The notes under the pieces: generated by a model
What the model was told of the DNA's origin: nothing
The model's database searches: none
Seen by the model: only the letters and a program-made list of their open reading frames with translations
Made by a program: the position numbers and the translations under genes
Part shown: positions 1-12,562 of the stretch, one piece after another
Layout: each line of letters begins with the position of its first letter
Numbering within the stretch: the first letter of the stretch is position 1
Origin: Flectonema sp. DT1601
Taxonomy: Eukaryota
Length of the DNA: 64,000 bases
Assembly: GCA_964019425.1 (NCBI GenBank)
Contig: OZ025780.1
Coordinates: 62,001 to 126,000, forward strand
Direction: 5' to 3'

Positions 1-411
1 AACGAAAAAAAAACATGGCTCTCTCTCTCTCTCTCTTTCCCTCTCATGGCAGAGTTAGTTAATTTTCTTCAAAGTTTAATACGGTATTTTTCTTCATAAC
101 AGGAAGGAAAACAAGGAGGAGGATGGATGAAAAAAATGAAAGGAGGAAGAAAAAAAAAAAAATGAAAAGTGTGCGGTACATTCTTTTTGTTTTGAATTTT
201 TTTTTTTTTTTTTTTTTGTTGGAGTCGATCGTTTTTGTTTCTTTTATTTTTTTTTGAATAATTATACGCACATATTAATTGGGTTAAAGGGAAGTTGGTA
301 CAAAGGTCGCTTATTATTATTATTTTTTTTTTTTTTTGGTTTTGGTTTTGGTTTTGCTTTTGCTTTTTTTTTTGTTGGGCTGCTGTTTTTTCAAACAACA
401 ACAGAATTTAT

Positions 412-1590
412 TTAACGACAACAAACATGAAAAACACAAGCAGCAAACAGCTGTTGCGCAAGCTGAAACTTCCTTTTTCCTCCGCTACTCATGCCGGCAA
501 ACAAACCCAAGAAATTGACAATTTCAAAGGAGAGCAATACCAACAACAAAACAATCCAAAGAAGAAAAGAACAGGCATCGGAAAGCGCGGCGACAGCTTC
601 AAACAAATACTTAATGTCAACTTTATTGACTACGGCTGCCGCCTCGACTTTCCATCCCCTGAAGATGCGTTCCAAGTGTTTCTTGCTTTGATCAATCCGG
701 TGATTGATGCAAAACAGCTTAACACTCTGGTCAGCAATCTCCGTACATGCAACCACTTTCCCGAACCCCCCGCGAATCACCTCGGACGCAGACTTCAGAT
801 CTGCCTCGACCGTGCGATAAGCACCAATGGGTCCAGCAAAAAAAGAAAGGAAACATGCCTCCAGTTCGGAGCGAACGCTTCTCGAAAACAAGAGAAACCG
901 ATCAAACAGAGAAAGTACAGAGAACATGAAGTCAGCCGCTGAACTGGCTGCTTCATTCACCCAAGCCATTACGAGGTCAGCAAACCTGACACACTCGAGC
1001 TCAAGCGCACCCCAGACACCGTGCGTGATGTCGGAGAGTTCCGCTTCACAAGTGCGCACCACATCGAGAAGCTTCACCCGGGTTATTGCGAACCGGATCC
1101 CGAAGCACTTCACGAGTCTATCGGTGGCACCGTGATCGGAGCATTGGCTGCTCCTCATCAGCTCTTCGACGGCCACTCTGCTCGCGGAACCAAACGCCCT
1201 CCTCATCGTGTCACCCACACGGTGCGGAATACTTTTACCAACAGAGTGCGGCACGTCAGCATGACACGCAGACTCGTTGACGTTGGTGTTGCCGTTGGCG
1301 TTGGCGTTGGCGTTGGCTTTGGCGTTGGCGTTGGCTTTGGCGTTGTCGCTGGAGCTGGAGTTGGCGTCAGTGGCGGTGTTGTTGTCGATAATAGTGGTGT
1401 TGTAGTCGATAATAGTGGTGGTGGTGGTGGTGGTGGTGGTGTTCGTCGTCGTCGTCGTTGTCGCAACAACTTCGGCGGGCTCTTCGAACATTCCCAGCAT
1501 CAATCCAACTGGAGGCAAGTCAGGCAGACCGCATCCAAAGCAGAACACCGTCCACCAGAATACTCCCACAAATCCGATGATGGCAAACAT
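412..1590 (-). CDS. Unknown putative membrane/surface protein, array copy 1
   Basis: 392-aa ATG-initiated ORF on the same strand as all host genes. Hydrophobic N-terminus, Thr/Asn-Ala tract, C-terminal TM-like FLLWIVLLLVLLSF. Frame is kept across copies; no recognised domain. Confidence 0.5.
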   Translation of the reverse strand: MFAIIGFVGVFWWTVFCFGCGLPDLPPVGLMLGMFEEPAEVVATTTTTTNTTTTTTTTTIIDYNTTIIDNNTATDANSSSSDNAKANANAKANANANANGNTNVNESACHADVPHSVGKSIPHRVGDTMRRAFGSASRVAVEELMRSSQCSDHGATDRLVKCFGIRFAITRVKLLDVVRTCEAELSDITHGVWGALELECVRFADLVMAWVNEAASSAADFMFSVLSLFDRFLLFSRSVRSELEACFLSFFAGPIGAYRTVEADLKSASEVIRGGFGKVVACTEIADQSVKLFCINHRIDQSKKHLERIFRGWKVEAAAVVNKVDIKYLFEAVAALSDACSFLLWIVLLLVLLSFEIVNFLGLFAGMSSGGKRKFQLAQQLFAACVFHVCCR

Positions 1591-4062
1591 TTTTTTGTGC
1601 TTTGTTTTGTCTTAAGCCTGATAGAAGGAAAGGAAGTAACATCATGCCAATCCAGCAATAAAATATCAAGAGATCTGAACTTTGCTTTTACCACCAAAAG
1701 AGAGTACATTTCCAACTGAGAATCCTGAGGAATAATGAGGGCCCATTTGGGGATCATGGAGAAGGCACACCGCGGTATATTATAAGAAGCTCACAAAAGA
1801 AGGCAACCTATCAGAATTGGTAGCCACAAATCAATAAGAACCATAAAACATATCAAATAAATCATTCCATTCCCACGTCACTTATCGACTTGTGCGCGGC
1901 TGAAGGCGGGAAATATTGATATAACAAAACACACCACATAAAGCATTCCACTCCCACGTCACTTATCGAACTTCACCACAAATCACAACACGAAGCAAGT
2001 TCAGTTCAATCAAGGAAAGGTGTAAAATCTTAAAAAGCAGATTTATGGTTAACAATCAATAAGAAATAGTTCCACACACACATCAAACATCCCCACCCCC
2101 CGGGACACGCGACACACACAAACCAATGGGCACTCAAAAACGAAACACGTGCAAAAATCACGAGCACTCAAACCACAATAAGAACTCATCAGAGTTAAAC
2201 AACACGACACTTAATTCCAACACAAACACAACACAACTTCACCACAAATCACAACACGAAGAACAAGTACAGTAAAATCAAGGAAGGCAAAAGAAATAGT
2301 TTCACAGAAACATCTGACACAGACACACGAGCACTCAAACTACACATATGAACACACAACACACACACAAAGGGTAATGAGAACTCGTCAGAGTTTCAAC
2401 AAACAATACACAACACACAACACATACATGCATACACACACACACCGAGAGGAGGTTCAGTGAAGCTTCTGCTCACCTCATCATAAGTTCTGCTCCTGTT
2501 AAAAAAAAAATGAAAATATATACAAAAGTTACAAAATTGCAAACACCCTCTCATGTCACCATCACCGCAAAGCCCTCTCAACGATCCCTCCTTCCATCAC
2601 ACGGCAAGTGGTACCATTTTCCACTTAACTTACTCTCCCCCCCCCACTTCCTCTCCACCACATCACTTGTGACATGTCCTTCCTGATAACAAAAAGAAGA
2701 AAGAATGATTGCAAACAAACGAACAGAACAAACAACAAATTAATAACCTAAAGTCAGCGGCAAAACCTTTCCCCCCCCCCCCCCCCGACCCCGACACGCA
2801 AGGCGTATTTGTTTGTGCGTTCAGGGGAATCACCACACGGAAGGAATGCCATTCGCTAGACTTTAAAAGAAAGGTACGAAATCAACGAAAAGAAAGTGTT
2901 TATAAAAATTATTTAAAAAAAAGAAAATAAAGAAACGTTGCGCCGGGAAGGTCATTTGGGGAATTCAATTGAAATGTGAAAGTGAACTGATTACATTGCA
3001 AAACAATCGCGTTATTACAATACAGTACCTATACAAAAGTACAATATTATCATTATCATTGTTAGTTTTATTATTATTATTTCTCACCAGGGGGGCGTGA
3101 CTCCTGCGTGAAGAAGGAATCACACAACCCCCCACTCCTGAAGACTTGTAACTGCCGTGAGGCCGTCATCACAACGACAACCACAACGACAACGACAACG
3201 ACGGCAGGCACGAAAAAAAAGAAGAAAAATGACAAGACAACAACAACAACCCACATGGGTGACGAATGAAAGCAGTACTGATCACAGGATTTTACTTTTT
3301 CTAAATCGAAAATGTCAGAGAGAGAGAGACGATAAGTATATTGCTGCAAAAGATTGAATTTCATTTACCAAAATTAGAGATTTAACCGCACACCACCACC
3401 ACTACTATCATCATCATCATGATCATGATCTCAGATGGTGGCTCCTTCCTCAGTAATATGAACACGTCCTGAACATCAAAAACAGTTCACAGAGCAAGAA
3501 AACACTGCTTAGCAAAAATACCAATCAAATCACAGCAGCAGCAGCTGGCTCACTCGCATACATATTGCCATTCTCTCTCGTGCGTCTCCTCCTCTCTTCA
3601 TTCACTTCCCCCATTTACCTGCCAACCTCCAATCCCGAGTAGCCTCCCACGACAAGTTTTGCCACAAGCGTTGCTATGTTGGGAAACCTAGCTCTCTGTG
3701 CGAGAAACCAGGAAATCCGCTGATAACTACACTCCGATGACCAACTGAGTGGGCGCTCAACTCGGATCATTGAGGCTGGTTCCGTCTCGGCGAGGAACTG
3801 CAGCTGCTGCGTGAGTCGAGTTGGTCAGCTTTTGCTAAAACTCACCAAGGAACAGGAAGTGAGAATCGAGTTGGTAAATGTTGTTGTTGTTTTTGTTGTG
3901 GTAGTTTTTGTTGTGGTAGTTTTTACGGGATACTCGGCAACTGCCGCAAGAGTATCCCTATGATCGAGGAGCAGCACAAACAAAACCAGGGTGAAATTGT
4001 TTTTCTTTTTTTCCTCTCTCTCTCTCTCAATACGTAAAAGGTCAGTTTTGTTTTCTTTGCAT

Positions 4063-4137
<75 letters not shown>

Positions 4138-4377
4138 CTCTCGTTCCGTCTCTCTCGCAGTAAAAACAAAAAAAAGGGTGAAAATCAGCAAAACTGGTTT
4201 TCCTTTTTCCCAGCCTCTCAAAAGACCAGAGCACTTGCCACCGCGAGAGAGTGAGAGAAAAGAGAAGGGGGAAAAAAAAAAAAAAGGAAGACAGCAGACT
4301 GGACCATCACATCCACAACATCAACGAGAACAACATTGGAGCGGGGGGATCGGCAGCGTGTGCCTTCCCTCCCGCGG

Positions 4378-4662
4378 AAACAAATAAAGAAAGGTATCCA
4401 AAACAAAGTTAAGAAAGGTATACAAAACAAAGTAAAGAATGGTACACAAAACAAAGTTAAGAAAGGTATAAAAAACAAAGTAAAGAATGGTACACAAAAC
4501 AAAGTTAAGAAAGGTATAAAAAACAAAGTAAAGAATGGTACACAAAACAAAGTTAAGAAAGGTATAAAAAACAAAGTAAAGAATGGTACACAAAACAAAT
4601 AAAGAAAGGTATATAAAATAAAGTTAAGAAAGGTATACAAAACAAAGTTAAGAAAAGTATAC
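4378..4662. repeat. 24-bp/48-bp minisatellite inside the array unit (also ~9805-10185 and ~15185-15490, variable copy number)
   Basis: Alternating AAACAAAGTTAAGAAAGGTATAAA / AAACAAAGTAAAGAATGGTACACA monomers. Confidence 0.92.
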
Positions 4663-5883
4663 AATCTCCTCATGGGTGAATGCCAGAGAGAGAGAGAGCC
4701 TTTGCAGGTCGTCTCTCCAGACTTGCACTGCCAAGAGAAAATAAACGTTTTTTCCGCGACTGGTACCGAGGGATGGGATCTTTTTTGTTTTTTAAATTTT
4801 TTAAGGTTTTTAAGGTTTTTTTATTTTTATTTTTTGTTAAATTGAAAAGAAGAAATGAAAAATTGGACACAAAAACTCCACAATCTCAAAGCAAATCAAG
4901 AAAATAATAATATTCTCTCTTTTCAGCCTTTTGTTGTTCGTCGAAGTGAAGAGCCAGAGCATCGGAGTTGCAACTTCCGGGTTCCGGTTTTCCTTCTTTC
5001 AGTGCGTTTATTAGTTTTCGTGTGCCAGCAAAAAAAAAAAAAAATAAAATAAAATAAAATCCGACACAATTCTCCAAAAGACCATTCACATCTCGTCCCC
5101 GTGTTGTTAAAGAAAATTTCTTGTTGTTGGTTATGAGAAAAATGAAAATGAAAATGAAAATGTCTATCGGCCGAGAGAGTAGTTGTACTCTCTCGCTCGA
5201 CGACAAGACAACAACAACGACAACGACAACAGCTTACTAACCCAGATGTGAATGGCCCGTACTTTCTACTACTACTTGTCGGGGGAAAAAAAAAAAAGAA
5301 AAGAGAAGTTCGTGTAAAGGAAATCCATCTCACCTACCTTAATTCACAAAAGCAGCAATGCAATTGCAGCTGTCAGAAATGAAGAAGCGGCATCTAAAAA
5401 CTAGAAAACAACTAAAAAAAAAAAAAGACAGAACCATTTTTCTTTGAACTTCAAACGAAAAAAAAACATGGCTCTCTCTCTCTCTCTCTTTCCCTCTCAT
5501 GGCAGAGTTAGTTAATTTTCTTCAAAGTTTAATACGGTATTTTTCTTCATAACAGGAAGGAAAACAAGGAGGAGGATGGATGAAAAAAATGAAAGGAGGA
5601 AGAAAAAAAAAAAAATGAAAAGTGTGCGGTACATTCTTTTTGTTTTGAATTTTTTTTTTTTTTTTTTTTTTTTTTTGTTGGAGTCGATCGTTTTTGTTTC
5701 TTTTATTTTTTTTTGAATAATTATACGCACATATTAATTGGGTTAAAGGGAAGTTGGTACAAAGGTCGCTTATTATTATTATTATTATTTTTTTTTTTTT
5801 TTGGTTTTGGTTTTGGTTTTGCTTTTGCTTTTGCTTTTTTTTTTGTTGGGCTGCTGTTTTTTTCAAACAACAACAGAATTTAT

Positions 5884-7056
5884 TTAACGACAACAAACAT
5901 GAAAAACACAAGCCGCAAACAGCTGCTGCGCAAGCCGAAACTTCCTTTTTTCTCCGCTACTCATGCCGGCAAACAAACCCAAGAAATTGACAATTTCAAA
6001 GGAGAGCAATACCAACAACAAAACAATCCAAAGAAGAAAAGAACAGGCATCGGAAAGCGCGGCGACAGCTTCAAACAAATACTTAATGTCAACTTTATTG
6101 ACTACGGCTGCCGCCTCGACTTTCCATCCCCTGAAGATGCGTTCCAAGTGTTTCTTGCTTTGATCAATCCGGTGATTGATGCAAAACAGCTTAACACTCT
6201 GGTCAGCAATCTCCGTACATGCAACCACTTTCCCGAACCCCCCGCGAATCACCTCGGACGCAGACTTCAGATCTGCCTCGACCGTGCGATAAGCACCAAT
6301 GGGTCCAGCAAAAAAAGAAAGGAAACATGCCTCCAGTTCGGAGCGAACGCTTCTCGAAAACAAGAGAAACCGATCAAACAGAGAAAGTACAGAGAACATG
6401 AAGTCAGCCGCTGAACTGGCTGCTTCATTCACCCAAGCCATTACGAGGTCAGCAAACCTGACACACTCGAGCTCAAGCGCACCCCAGACACCGTGCGTGA
6501 TGTCGGAGAGTTCCGCTTCACAAGTGCGCACCACATCGAGAAGCTTCACCCGGGTTATTGCGAACCGGATCCCGAAGCACTTCACGAGTCTATCGGTGGC
6601 ACCGTGATCGGAGCATTGGCTGCTCCTCATCAGCTCTTCGACGGCCACTCTGCTCGCGGAACCAAACGCCCTCCTCATCGTGTCACCCACACGGTGCGGA
6701 ATACTTTTACCAACAGAGTGCGGCACGTCAGCATGACACGCAGACTCGTTGACGTTGGTGTTGCCGTTGGCGTTGGCGTTGGCGTTGGCTTTGGCGTTGG
6801 CGTTGGCGTTGTCGCTGGAGCTGGAGTTGGCGTCAGTGGCGGTGTTGTTGTCGATAATAGTGGTGTTGTAGTCGATAATAGTGGTGGTGGTGGTGGTGGT
6901 GGTGGTGTTCGTCGTCGTCGTCGTTGTCGCAACAACTTCGGCGGGCTCTTCGAACATTCCCAGCATCAATCCAACTGGAGGCAAGTCAGGCAGACCGCAT
7001 CCAAAGCAGAACACCGTCCACCAGAATACTCCCACAAATCCGATGATGGCAAACAT
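5884..7056 (-). CDS. Unknown putative membrane/surface protein, array copy 2
   Basis: 390-aa near-identical copy with an in-frame 2-codon deletion in the (NA)n tract. Confidence 0.5.
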   Translation of the reverse strand: MFAIIGFVGVFWWTVFCFGCGLPDLPPVGLMLGMFEEPAEVVATTTTTTNTTTTTTTTTIIDYNTTIIDNNTATDANSSSSDNANANAKANANANANGNTNVNESACHADVPHSVGKSIPHRVGDTMRRAFGSASRVAVEELMRSSQCSDHGATDRLVKCFGIRFAITRVKLLDVVRTCEAELSDITHGVWGALELECVRFADLVMAWVNEAASSAADFMFSVLSLFDRFLLFSRSVRSELEACFLSFFAGPIGAYRTVEADLKSASEVIRGGFGKVVACTEIADQSVKLFCINHRIDQSKKHLERIFRGWKVEAAAVVNKVDIKYLFEAVAALSDACSFLLWIVLLLVLLSFEIVNFLGLFAGMSSGEKRKFRLAQQLFAACVFHVCCR

Positions 7057-9527
7057 TTTTTTGTGCTTTGTTTTGTCTTAAGCCTGATAGAAGGAAAGGA
7101 AGTAACATCATGCCAATCCAGCAATAAAATATCAAGAGATCTGAACTTTGCTTTTACCACCAAAAGAGAGTACATTTCCAACTGAGAATCCTGAGGAATA
7201 ATGAGGGCCCATTTGGGGATCATGGAGAAGGCACACCGCGGTATATTATAAGAAGCTCACAAAAGAAGGCAACCTATCAGAATTGGTAGCCACAAATCAA
7301 TAAGAACCATAAAACATATCAAATAAATCATTCCATTCCCACGTCACTTATCGACTTGTGCGCGGCTGAAGGCGGGAAATATTGATATAACAAAACACAC
7401 CACATAAAGCATTCCACTCCCACGTCACTTATCGAACTTCACCACAAATCACAACACGAAGCAAGTTCAGTTCAATCAAGGAAAGGTGTAAAATCTTAAA
7501 AAGCAGATTTATGGTTAACAATCAATAAGAAATAGTTCCACACACACATCAAACATCCCCACCCCCCGGGACACGCGACACACACAAACCAATGGGCACT
7601 CAAAAACGAAACACGTGCAAAAATCACGAGCACTCAAACCACAATAAGAACTCATCAGAGTTAAACAACACGACACTTAATTCCAACACAAACACAACAC
7701 AACTTCACCACAAATCACAACACGAAGAACAAGTACAGTAAAATCAAGGAAGGCAAAAGAAATAGTTTCACAGAAACATCTGACACAGACACACGAGCAC
7801 TCAAACTACACATATGAACACACAACACACACACAAAGGGTAATGAGAACTCGTCAGAGTTTCAACAAACAATACACAACACACAACACATACATGCATA
7901 CACACACACACCGAGAGGAGGTTCAGTGAAGCTTCTGCTCACCTCATCATAAGTTCAGCTCCTGTTTAAAAAAAAATGAAAATATATACAAAAGTTACAA
8001 AATTGCAAACACCCTCTCATGCCACCATCACCGCAAAGCCCTCTCAACGATCCCTCCTTCCATCACACGGCAAGTGGTACCATTTTCCACTTAACTTACT
8101 CTCCCCCCCCCACTTCCTCTCCACCACATCACTTGTGACATGTCCTTCCTGATAACAAAAAGAAGAAAGAATGATTGCAAACAAACGAACAGAACAAACA
8201 ACAAATTAATAACCTAAAGTCAGCGGCAAAACCTTTCCCCCCCCCCCCCCCGACCCCGACACGCAAGGCGTATTTGTTTGTGCGTTCAGGGGAATCACCA
8301 CACGGAAGGAATGCCATTCGCTAGACTTTAAAAGAAAGGTACGAAATCAACGAAAAGAAAGTGTTTATAAAAATTATTTAAAAAAAAGAAAATAAAGAAA
8401 CGTTGCGCCGGGAAGGTCATTTGGGGAATTCAATTGAAATGTGAAAGTGAACTGATTACATTGCAAAACAATCGCGTTATTACAATACAGTACCTATACA
8501 AAAGTACAATATTATCATTATCATTGTTAGTTTTATTATTATTATTTCTCACCAGGGGGGCGTGACTCCTGCGTGAAGAAGGAATCACACAACCCCCCAC
8601 TCCTGAAGACTTGTAACTGCCGTGAGGCCGTCATCACAACGACAACCACAACGACAACGACAACGACGGCAGGCACGAAAAAAAAGAAGAAAAATGACAA
8701 GACAACAACAACAACCCACATGGGTGACGAATGAAAGCAGTACTGATCACAGGATTTTACTTTTTCTAAATCGAAAATGTCAGAGAGAGAGAGACGATAA
8801 GTATATTGCTGCAAAAGATTGAATTTCATTTACCAAAATTAGAGATTTAACCGCACACCACCACCACTACTATCATCATCATCATGATCATGATCTCAGA
8901 TGGTGGCTCCTTCCTCAGTAATATGAACACGTCCTGAACATCAAAAACAGTTCACAGAGCAAGAAAACACTGCTTAGCAAAAATACCAATCAAATCACAG
9001 CAGCAGCAGCTGGCTCACTCGCATACATATTGCCATTCTCTCTCGTGCGTCTCCTCCTCTCTTCATTCACTTCCCCCATTTACCTGCCAACCTCCAATCC
9101 CGAGTAGCCTCCCACGACAAGTTTTGCCACAAGCGTTGCTATGTTGGGAAACCTAGCTCTCTGTGCGAGAAACCAGGAAATCCGCTGATAACTACACTCC
9201 GATGACCAACTGAGTGGGCGCTCAACTCGGATCATTGAGGCTGGTTCCGTCTCGGCGAGGAACTGCAGCTGCTGCGTGAGTCGAGTTGGTCAGCTTTTGC
9301 TAAAACTCACCAAGGAACAGGAAGTGAGAATCGAGTTGGTAAATGTTGTTGTTGCTTTTGTTGTGGTAGTTTTTGTTGTGGTAGTTTTTACGGGATACTC
9401 GGCAACTGCCGCAAGAGTATCCCTATGATCGAGGAGCAGCACAAACAAAACCAGGGTGAAATTGTTTTTCTTTTTTTCCTCTCTCTCTCTCTCAATACGT
9501 AAAAGGTCAGTTTTGTTTTCTTTGCAT

Positions 9528-9564
<37 letters not shown>

Positions 9565-11383
9565 CTCTCGTTCCGTCTCTCTCGCAGTAAAAACAAAAAA
9601 AAGGGTGAAAATCAGCAAAACTGGTTTTCCTTTTTCCCAGCCTCTCAAAAGACCAGAGCACTTGCCACCGCGAGAGAGTGAGAGAAAAGAGAAGGGGGAA
9701 AAAAAAAAAAAAGGAAGACAGCAGACTGGACCATCACATCCACAACATCAACGAGAACAACATTGGAGCGGGGGGATCGGCAGCGTGTGCCTTCCCTCCC
9801 GCGGAAACAAATAAAGAAAGGTATCCAAAACAAAGTTAAGAAAGGTATAAAAAACAAAGTAAAGAATGGTACACAAAACAAAGTTAAGAAAGGTATAAAA
9901 AACAAAGTAAAGAATGGTACACAAAACAAAGTTAAGAAAGGTATAAAAAACAAAGTAAAGAATGGTACACAAAACAAAGTTAAGAAAGGTATAAAAAACA
10001 AAGTAAAGAATGGTACACAAAACAAATAAAGAAAGGTATAAAAAACAAAGTAAAGAATGGTACACAAAACAAAGTTAAGAAAGGTATAAAAAACAAAGTA
10101 AAGAATGGTACACAAAACAAATAAAGAAAGGTATATAAAATAAAGTTAAGAAAGGTATACAAAACAAAGTTAAGAAAGGTATACAATCTCCTCATGGGTG
10201 AATGCCAGAGAGAGAGAGAGCCTTTGCAGGTCGTCTCTCCAGACTTGCACTGCCAAGAGAAAATAAACGTTTTTTCCGCGACTGGTACCGAGGGATGGGA
10301 TCTTTTTTGTTTTTTAAATTTTTTAAGGTTTCTAAGGTTTTTTTATTTTTATTTTTTGTTAAATTGAAAAGAAGAAATGAAAAATTGGACACAAAAACTC
10401 CACAATCTCAAAGCAAATCAAGAAAATAATAATATTCTCTCTTTTCAGCCTTTTGTTGTTCGTCGAAGTGAAGAGCCAGAGCATCGGAGTTGCAACTTCC
10501 GGGTTCCGGTTTTCCTTCTTTCAGTGCGTTTATTAGTTTTCGTGTGCCAGCAAAAAATAAAAAAAATAAAATAAAATAAAATCCGACACAATTCTCCAAA
10601 AGACCATTCACATCTCGTCCCCGTGTTGTTAAAGAAAATTTCTTGTTGTTGGTTATGAGAAAAATGAAAATGAAAATGAAAATGTCTATCGGCCGAGAGA
10701 GTAGTTGTACTCTCTCGCTCGACGACAAGACAACAACAACGACAACGACAACAGCTTACTAACCCAGATGTGAATGGCCCGTACTTTCTACTACTACTTG
10801 TCGGGGGAAAAAAAAAAAAAGAAAAGAGAAGTTCGTGTAAAGGAAATCCATCTCACCTACCTTAATTCACAAAAGCAGCAATGCAATTGCAGCTGTCAGA
10901 AATGAAGAAGCGGCATCTAAAAACTAGAAAACAACTAAAAAAAAAAAAAGACAGAACCATTTTTCTTTGAACTTCAAACGAAAAAAAAACATGGCTCTCT
11001 CTCTCTCTCTCTTTCCCTCTCATGGCAGAGTTAGTTAATTTTCTTCAAAGTTTAATACGGTATTTTTCTTCATAACAGGAAGGAAAACAAGGAGGAGGAT
11101 GGATGAAAAAAATGAAAGGAGGAAGAAAAAAAAAAAAATGAAAAGTGTGCGGTACATTCTTTTTGTTTTGAATTTTTTTTTTTTTTTTTGTTGGAGTCGA
11201 TCGTTTTTGTTTCTTTTATTTTTTTTTGAATAATTATACGCACATATTAATTGGGTTAAAGGGAAGTTGGTACAAAGGTCGCTTATTATTATTATTTTTT
11301 TTTTTTTTTGGTTTTGGTTTTGGTTTTGCTTTTGCTTTTTTTTTTGTTGGGCTGCTGTTTTTTCAAACAACAACAGAATTTAT

Positions 11384-12562
11384 TTAACGACAACAAACAT
11401 GAAAAACACAAGCAGCAAACAGCTGTTGCGCAAGCTGAAACTTCCTTTTTCCTCCGCTACTCATGCCGGCAAACAAACCCAAGAAATTGACAATTTCAAA
11501 GGAGAGCAATACCAACAACAAAACAATCCAAAGAAGAAAAGAACAGGCATCGGAAAGCGCGGCGACAGCTTCAAACAAATACTTAATGTCAACTTTATTG
11601 ACTACGGCTGCCGCCTCGACTTTCCATCCCCTGAAGATGCGTTCCAAGTGTTTCTTGCTTTGATCAATCCGGTGATTGATGCAAAACAGCTTAACACTCT
11701 GGTCAGCAATCTCCGTACATGCAACCACTTTCCCGAACCCCCCGCGAATCACCTCGGACGCAGACTTCAGATCTGCCTCGACCGTGCGATAAGCACCAAT
11801 GGGTCCAGCAAAAAAAGAAAGGAAACATGCCTCCAGTTCGGAGCGAACGCTTCTCGAAAACAAGAGAAACCGATCAAACAGAGAAAGTACAGAGAACATG
11901 AAGTCAGCCGCTGAACTGGCTGCTTCATTCACCCAAGCCATTACGAGGTCAGCAAACCTGACACACTCGAGCTCAAGCGCACCCCAGACACCGTGCGTGA
12001 TGTCGGAGAGTTCCGCTTCACAAGTGCGCACCACATCGAGAAGCTTCACCCGGGTTATTGCGAACCGGATCCCGAAGCACTTCACGAGTCTATCGGTGGC
12101 ACCGTGATCGGAGCATTGGCTGCTCCTCATCAGCTCTTCGACGGCCACTCTGCTCGCGGAACCAAACGCCCTCCTCATCGTGTCACCCACACGGTGCGGA
12201 ATACTTTTACCAACAGAGTGCGGCACGTCAGCATGACACGCAGACTCGTTGACGTTGGTGTTGCCGTTGGCGTTGGCGTTGGCGTTGGCTTTGGCGTTGG
12301 CGTTGGCTTTGGCGTTGTCGCTGGAGCTGGAGTTGGCGTCAGTGGCGGTGTTGTTGTCGATAATAGTGGTGTTGTAGTCGATAATAGTGGTGGTGGTGGT
12401 GGTGGTGGTGGTGTTCGTCGTCGTCGTCGTTGTCGCAACAACTTCGGCGGGCTCTTCGAACATTCCCAGCATCAATCCAACTGGAGGCAAGTCAGGCAGA
12501 CCGCATCCAAAGCAGAACACCGTCCACCAGAATACTCCCACAAATCCGATGATGGCAAACAT
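11384..12562 (-). CDS. Unknown putative membrane/surface protein, array copy 3
   Basis: 392-aa ORF with the same translation as copy 1. Confidence 0.5.
   Translation of the reverse strand: MFAIIGFVGVFWWTVFCFGCGLPDLPPVGLMLGMFEEPAEVVATTTTTTNTTTTTTTTTIIDYNTTIIDNNTATDANSSSSDNAKANANAKANANANANGNTNVNESACHADVPHSVGKSIPHRVGDTMRRAFGSASRVAVEELMRSSQCSDHGATDRLVKCFGIRFAITRVKLLDVVRTCEAELSDITHGVWGALELECVRFADLVMAWVNEAASSAADFMFSVLSLFDRFLLFSRSVRSELEACFLSFFAGPIGAYRTVEADLKSASEVIRGGFGKVVACTEIADQSVKLFCINHRIDQSKKHLERIFRGWKVEAAAVVNKVDIKYLFEAVAALSDACSFLLWIVLLLVLLSFEIVNFLGLFAGMSSGGKRKFQLAQQLFAACVFHVCCR

Noticed and set aside
295..1719. Plus-strand ORFs (215 aa, 232 aa) in each array unit
   Set aside because: They are antisense to the longer minus ORF, have non-ATG or homopolymer-derived starts, go against locus polarity, and show no domains.
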